The position numbers were made by a program, and so were the translations under genes. A stretch of 64,000 nt of DNA. It comes from Ptychomitrium polyphyllum. Taxonomy: Eukaryota. This document shows positions 61,487 through 64,000 of the stretch, piece by piece. The stretch's first letter is position 1; each line of letters begins with the position of its first letter. The notes below the pieces were generated by a model that had not been told where the DNA came from, searched no databases, and worked only from the letters and a program-made list of their open reading frames with translations. The DNA is taken from the NCBI GenBank assembly GCA_973851085.1, contig OZ316775.1:17980001-18044000 (forward strand), given 5' to 3'.

Positions 61487-63991
61487 ATGAAGGGGAGCCT
61501 AGTACGATCTCGGTCCATGCGAGGGGCGGAATCGCCACAACGCGAGAGGGATTCGTTTAGCCTTGGGCTTCGTCAGAAGTCTTCCCCGGTTGTGGAGGCT
61601 TCCAGACGCCGAGGACGCAGCAATGCCGAGAATGTGGCGCCCGTAGAGAATGTAACGTTCGACTCTAGTACTCCAGTCCATTGTCCTCATATATCAATCT
61701 AACTACTTTGCAGACAATTCTGGATTCCGTATATAGTATCCAATACTAATCTCCAGGCTTGCTGTCTTTAATACGACTAATTCAGCTCTCTTGCGTGTAG
61801 TTGTGAACTCCTACAGACTTCCAGCAGCCACTTTTTTGGTTTTAATGGCTAGATAGAACGGTAGCAATGTGGCGATGCGTAGCGCGCAATTTTCTGGTCC
61901 CGTGGAGTTTAGATTACACCAGTGGCAAGCTCTATCTGTCAGTTGCAGTCTTATCAAGCATTTTATGGTCAAACTTCTTAATTTGCAGGTGCCCGAGTCG
62001 GCATCTCCTCTACCATGCAAGCCGAGTACTAAAGGTTTGAAGACACCATCAGCACTGAGAGAAAGCACTTTACTCAACAGCACGGCTCTGATGCCCAAGG
62101 TTCCCAAACCGTCTCCAGCGCGTAACACGCAATCTTTAGGCCAGAGTCAAGGAGCTCCAAATCAAGTGCCTCCTCAAGGTCCGGGCCCGGATCAAGGAAA
62201 TGGCATCAGAAGGAAACTAAACCTAGATGTTCAAGCTGGAGGAATAATTGAGAATATCTTGAATGCGACTTTTACGGATTCCAATGACACGGGAGTGAAG
62301 GTAAGTCGTGACATGATAGGTCGTGACATATTAAGTTAGTTTACCAAAGTGGATGGAGTTGCATTTTTCTGTCCAAGTGTTTACGAGACGGAATACCTTT
62401 CAGTTACTGTGTATTCAATAATGGAAATTGAAGCGCTCGTGGTAGGAAGAGGCTCTGCTTGTTTAAGCAGGATCCTGATGCGCGTACTTCTCTCCTTTTC
62501 GTATGAGCTGTGTGTCAGGTTTTAGTCAGAATGCGTCCGCTCAACAAGAAAGAGATTGTTGAGGAGGCTACTCAGGTGGTTGTAAAGACATCACCCAATT
62601 CACTATCACTGGCTGACCAACAGTTCACATATGATGCAGTTGCTGGTGAAAATGAGTCGCAGGTATGCTGAATTTTCTAGGCACATGTAGCTTGACACCG
62701 TAGTTCTACCTTTGTGCGAAATGGCCGCTTCTATGTCAGTCCCCTGACAGAAAATCCTGTTGTCTTTGCTTCGCTACTCAGCAAACCGTCTTCGACATGG
62801 TGGGATTACCTATGGTGGAGAATTGCTTGGCAGGTTTCAACAGCTCTATTTTTGCATACGGCCAGGTATTGCAGTCATTCAGAACATGAAATACTTCTGG
62901 ATGGATAGAAAGCTCCATATGTTCACAATATGATGGCACTATTGAATTCGAGCTCAGTTGGTTGGTAGAACTGCTTTTCTCTTTGTGACTCCGTTGTATC
63001 ACTCATTTCGTTGTTTTCATGTGAAATACAGACGGGAAGTGGCAAGACACATACTATGTGGGGCCCAATGCCTGATTCCAACTCGGAATTAATGGCCATA
63101 GAGGAACGTGGCGTCACTCCACGTGTTTTCGAGCAGTTATTTGCTCGCATCCAGCAGGTCTGTAATCTTTAATAGTGAACTACTCCGTCCTGATCACTAG
63201 TCTTCTGGAAGTAAACGACTTCTTCAGGAGTTTCACGGCTAACCTTAGATTTTTTGTGTTAACTGATTGGATAGCTACATGTTTTCAGGAGGAGCGAAAC
63301 AATGTCGATAAGCAGCTGCGTTACCAATGCCGATGCTCCTTCCTTGAGGTATTATCTATTGCACGCTGGAGATAATGGATAGGATGGTAGGTTTTGAAAC
63401 GCCTTCCTTGTAATAGGGTGACATTTCATTGTGATACGTACTGTAATGACGTGCGGATTGTGGATTGTTTCAGATATACAACGAGCAAATTACTGATTTG
63501 CTGGAGCCCTCTCAGAAGAATCTCTTGGTACGTACATTAAATGTCTGGTTGATTGTAGAATGTTAATCCTGGTGGTTGAATCTTTCCATGTTGGCGTTTG
63601 TCTTGACTACAAAATTGTGAGGAGTGGTTAACAGATCAGAGAGGACTCAAAGACTGGAGTCTATGTAGAAGGCCTTACTGAGGAATATGTGTCCAATTTG
63701 GATGACGTTACCCGCCTTCTTGTTCGCGTACGATTCTTACACCTCGGAATAACTCACTTTCCTCCAACCTTTCTTGATGACATTTCTGAGACATAAACAT
63801 GAGCCATCAGTTTGCTTCGAGGGGCGTTTCTAGTTACTTCCAAGTGAAAATTCTTCTATTACTAGTCACTACTGATATTGTCCTCACCTTAACAGGGATT
63901 GGCTAACAGAAGAGTGAGCTCTACGGCTATGAATAGCGAAAGTTCACGGTCACACAGTGTTTTTACATTTGTCATTGAATCCCGCTCTAAG
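61487..63991 (+). CDS. Kinesin-12 family motor (PAKRP/KIN12-like), first 9 exons, continuing beyond the window
   Basis: Exons 61487-61651, 61989-62300, 62519-62662, 62782-62865, 63032-63157, 63289-63348, 63474-63527, 63635-63727 and 63896-63991 (GT-AG, phase 0). DTGVK|VLVRMRP, P-loop [42 protein letters not shown]. Confidence 0.95.
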
Positions 63992-64000
63992 GTAATCGCA

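Overview
Eukaryotic land-plant genomic DNA, most likely a moss (Physcomitrium-like; inferred from gene style, short GT-AG introns, AT-rich decayed intergenic DNA and the retroelement types). TE block 1 (1-12.5 kb) is a nested cluster of two Ty3/gypsy chromovirus families. It holds the 3' end of a family-A element inserted into a family-B LTR, a family-A solo LTR, and a full-length but disabled family-B element (3825-11460, tRNA-Met PBS, TSD GCCAT). The gene block (13-44 kb) contains an AP2/ERF factor, a HAD class-B acid phosphatase, a frameshifted GT37 fucosyltransferase-like pseudogene, a small plant protein of unknown function, a DA1-like LIM/peptidase gene with an in-frame TAG, and a single-exon DHRS7-like SDR. 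TE block 2 contains an internally deleted family-A chromovirus (48477-53518) and a 17x24-bp minisatellite. The window ends in the 5' part of a kinesin-12 gene. Most notable: family A has no tRNA PBS but a perfect 12-nt complement to its own predicted transcript 5' end (Tf1-type self-priming), plus an extra ~190-codon ORF after pol. The DA1 nonsense codon doubles as an in-frame 3' splice site. No rRNA, tRNA or CRISPR was seen. All alignments and counts were done by eye.
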